Assembly: GCA_964368345.1 (NCBI GenBank)
Contig: CAYJBI010000002.1
Coordinates: 1 to 36,163 of the forward strand
From: an uncultured Mariniplasma sp.
GTDB taxonomy: Bacteria; Bacillota_I; Bacilli_A; Acholeplasmatales; Acholeplasmataceae
Length of the DNA: 36,163 nucleotides
Direction of reading: 5' to 3'
Positions within the stretch are counted from its first letter, which is position 1; the number at the start of each line of letters is the position of its first letter. Both the position numbers and the translations under genes were made by a program. The notes beneath the pieces were generated by a model. That model worked only from the letters and a program-made list of their open reading frames with translations, was not told the DNA's origin and ran no database searches. Positions 35,851 through 36,163 of this stretch are shown in pieces.

Positions 35851-35941
35851 GGAGCAATACTCAAGTGGCTCAAGAGACGCCTCTGCTAAGGGCGCAGGCT
35901 GGGAAACCGGCGCGAGGGTTCAAATCCCTCTTGCTCCGCCA
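35851..35941 (+). tRNA. tRNA-Ser(GCT)
   Basis: Acceptor stem GGAGCAA/TTGCTCC, anticodon arm CGCCT-CTGCTAA-GGGCG, long variable arm, TTCAAAT T-loop, discriminator G and encoded CCA. Confidence 0.95.
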
Positions 35942-35952
35942 CCTTTTTTTAT

Positions 35953-36028
35953 GGCCCGTTGGAGAAACGGTTAACTCACTTGCCTTTCACGCAAGCATTC
36001 ACGGGTTCGAATCCCGTACGGGTCACCA
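35953..36028 (+). tRNA. tRNA-Glu(TTC)
   Basis: Acceptor stem GGCCCGT/ACGGGTC, anticodon arm CTTGC-CTTTCAC-GCAAG, TTCGAAT T-loop and encoded CCA. Confidence 0.96.
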
Positions 36029-36043
36029 AATATATAATGAAAT

Positions 36044-36074
36044 GCTCTTCTCACCCATGGGAAGGGCTTTTTTT
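36044..36074 (+). terminator. Intrinsic terminator of the tRNA operon
   Basis: GCTCTTCTC...GGGAAGGGC followed by T7. Confidence 0.7.
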
Positions 36075-36163
36075 CTAGACATCCATAGACAAATATTATG
36101 TCTTAATAGTAAACGTCAAATATTAACACTGTATCAAAAGAAAACCACTTAGAGGATAGCTCT

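Noticed and set aside
35883-35889. CTA in the anticodon loop of the first tRNA as an amber suppressor for the pcrA TAG
   Set aside because: The 7-nt loop CT-GCT-AA places GCT at positions 34-36, and CTA is offset by one. The long variable arm and G discriminator fit an ordinary tRNA-Ser(GCT).
35865-36152. 95-aa ORF
   Set aside because: It overlaps two clear tRNA genes and their terminator, so it is spurious.

Overview
AT-rich chromosomal segment from a wall-less Mollicute, most consistent with Acholeplasmatales (inference from gene content, glnS, and standard code 11 with TGA as stop). Bases 1-2200 are a decaying accessory patch: the end of an AAA/DUF4143-type ATPase, a frameshifted GNAT remnant, an ASCH gene and a frameshifted small membrane gene. 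The rest is mostly + strand housekeeping: cdaA with a PAS/degenerate-GGDEF gene, 5-formyl-THF cyclo-ligase, ispDF, yutD, nifU, degV, S1 protein, pgi, tsaE-tsaB-rimI-tsaD, glnS, pcrA, a second short UvrD-like helicase, ligA, uvrA, hprK, lgt, ppaX, trxB, whiA, acpS, tex, tRNA-Ser(GCT) and tRNA-Glu(TTC); hflX lies on the - strand. The most notable observations are: (1) an unannotated promoter, 11-aa leader peptide and alternative-hairpin attenuator ahead of hflX (HflXr-like); (2) a single in-frame TAG inside an otherwise intact pcrA, directly followed by a paralog lacking the 2B domain; (3) cdaA coupled to a membrane PAS-PAS-degenerate GGDEF protein instead of cdaR-glmM; (4) a perfect 24-bp palindrome where two convergent genes both end in KSAL*.
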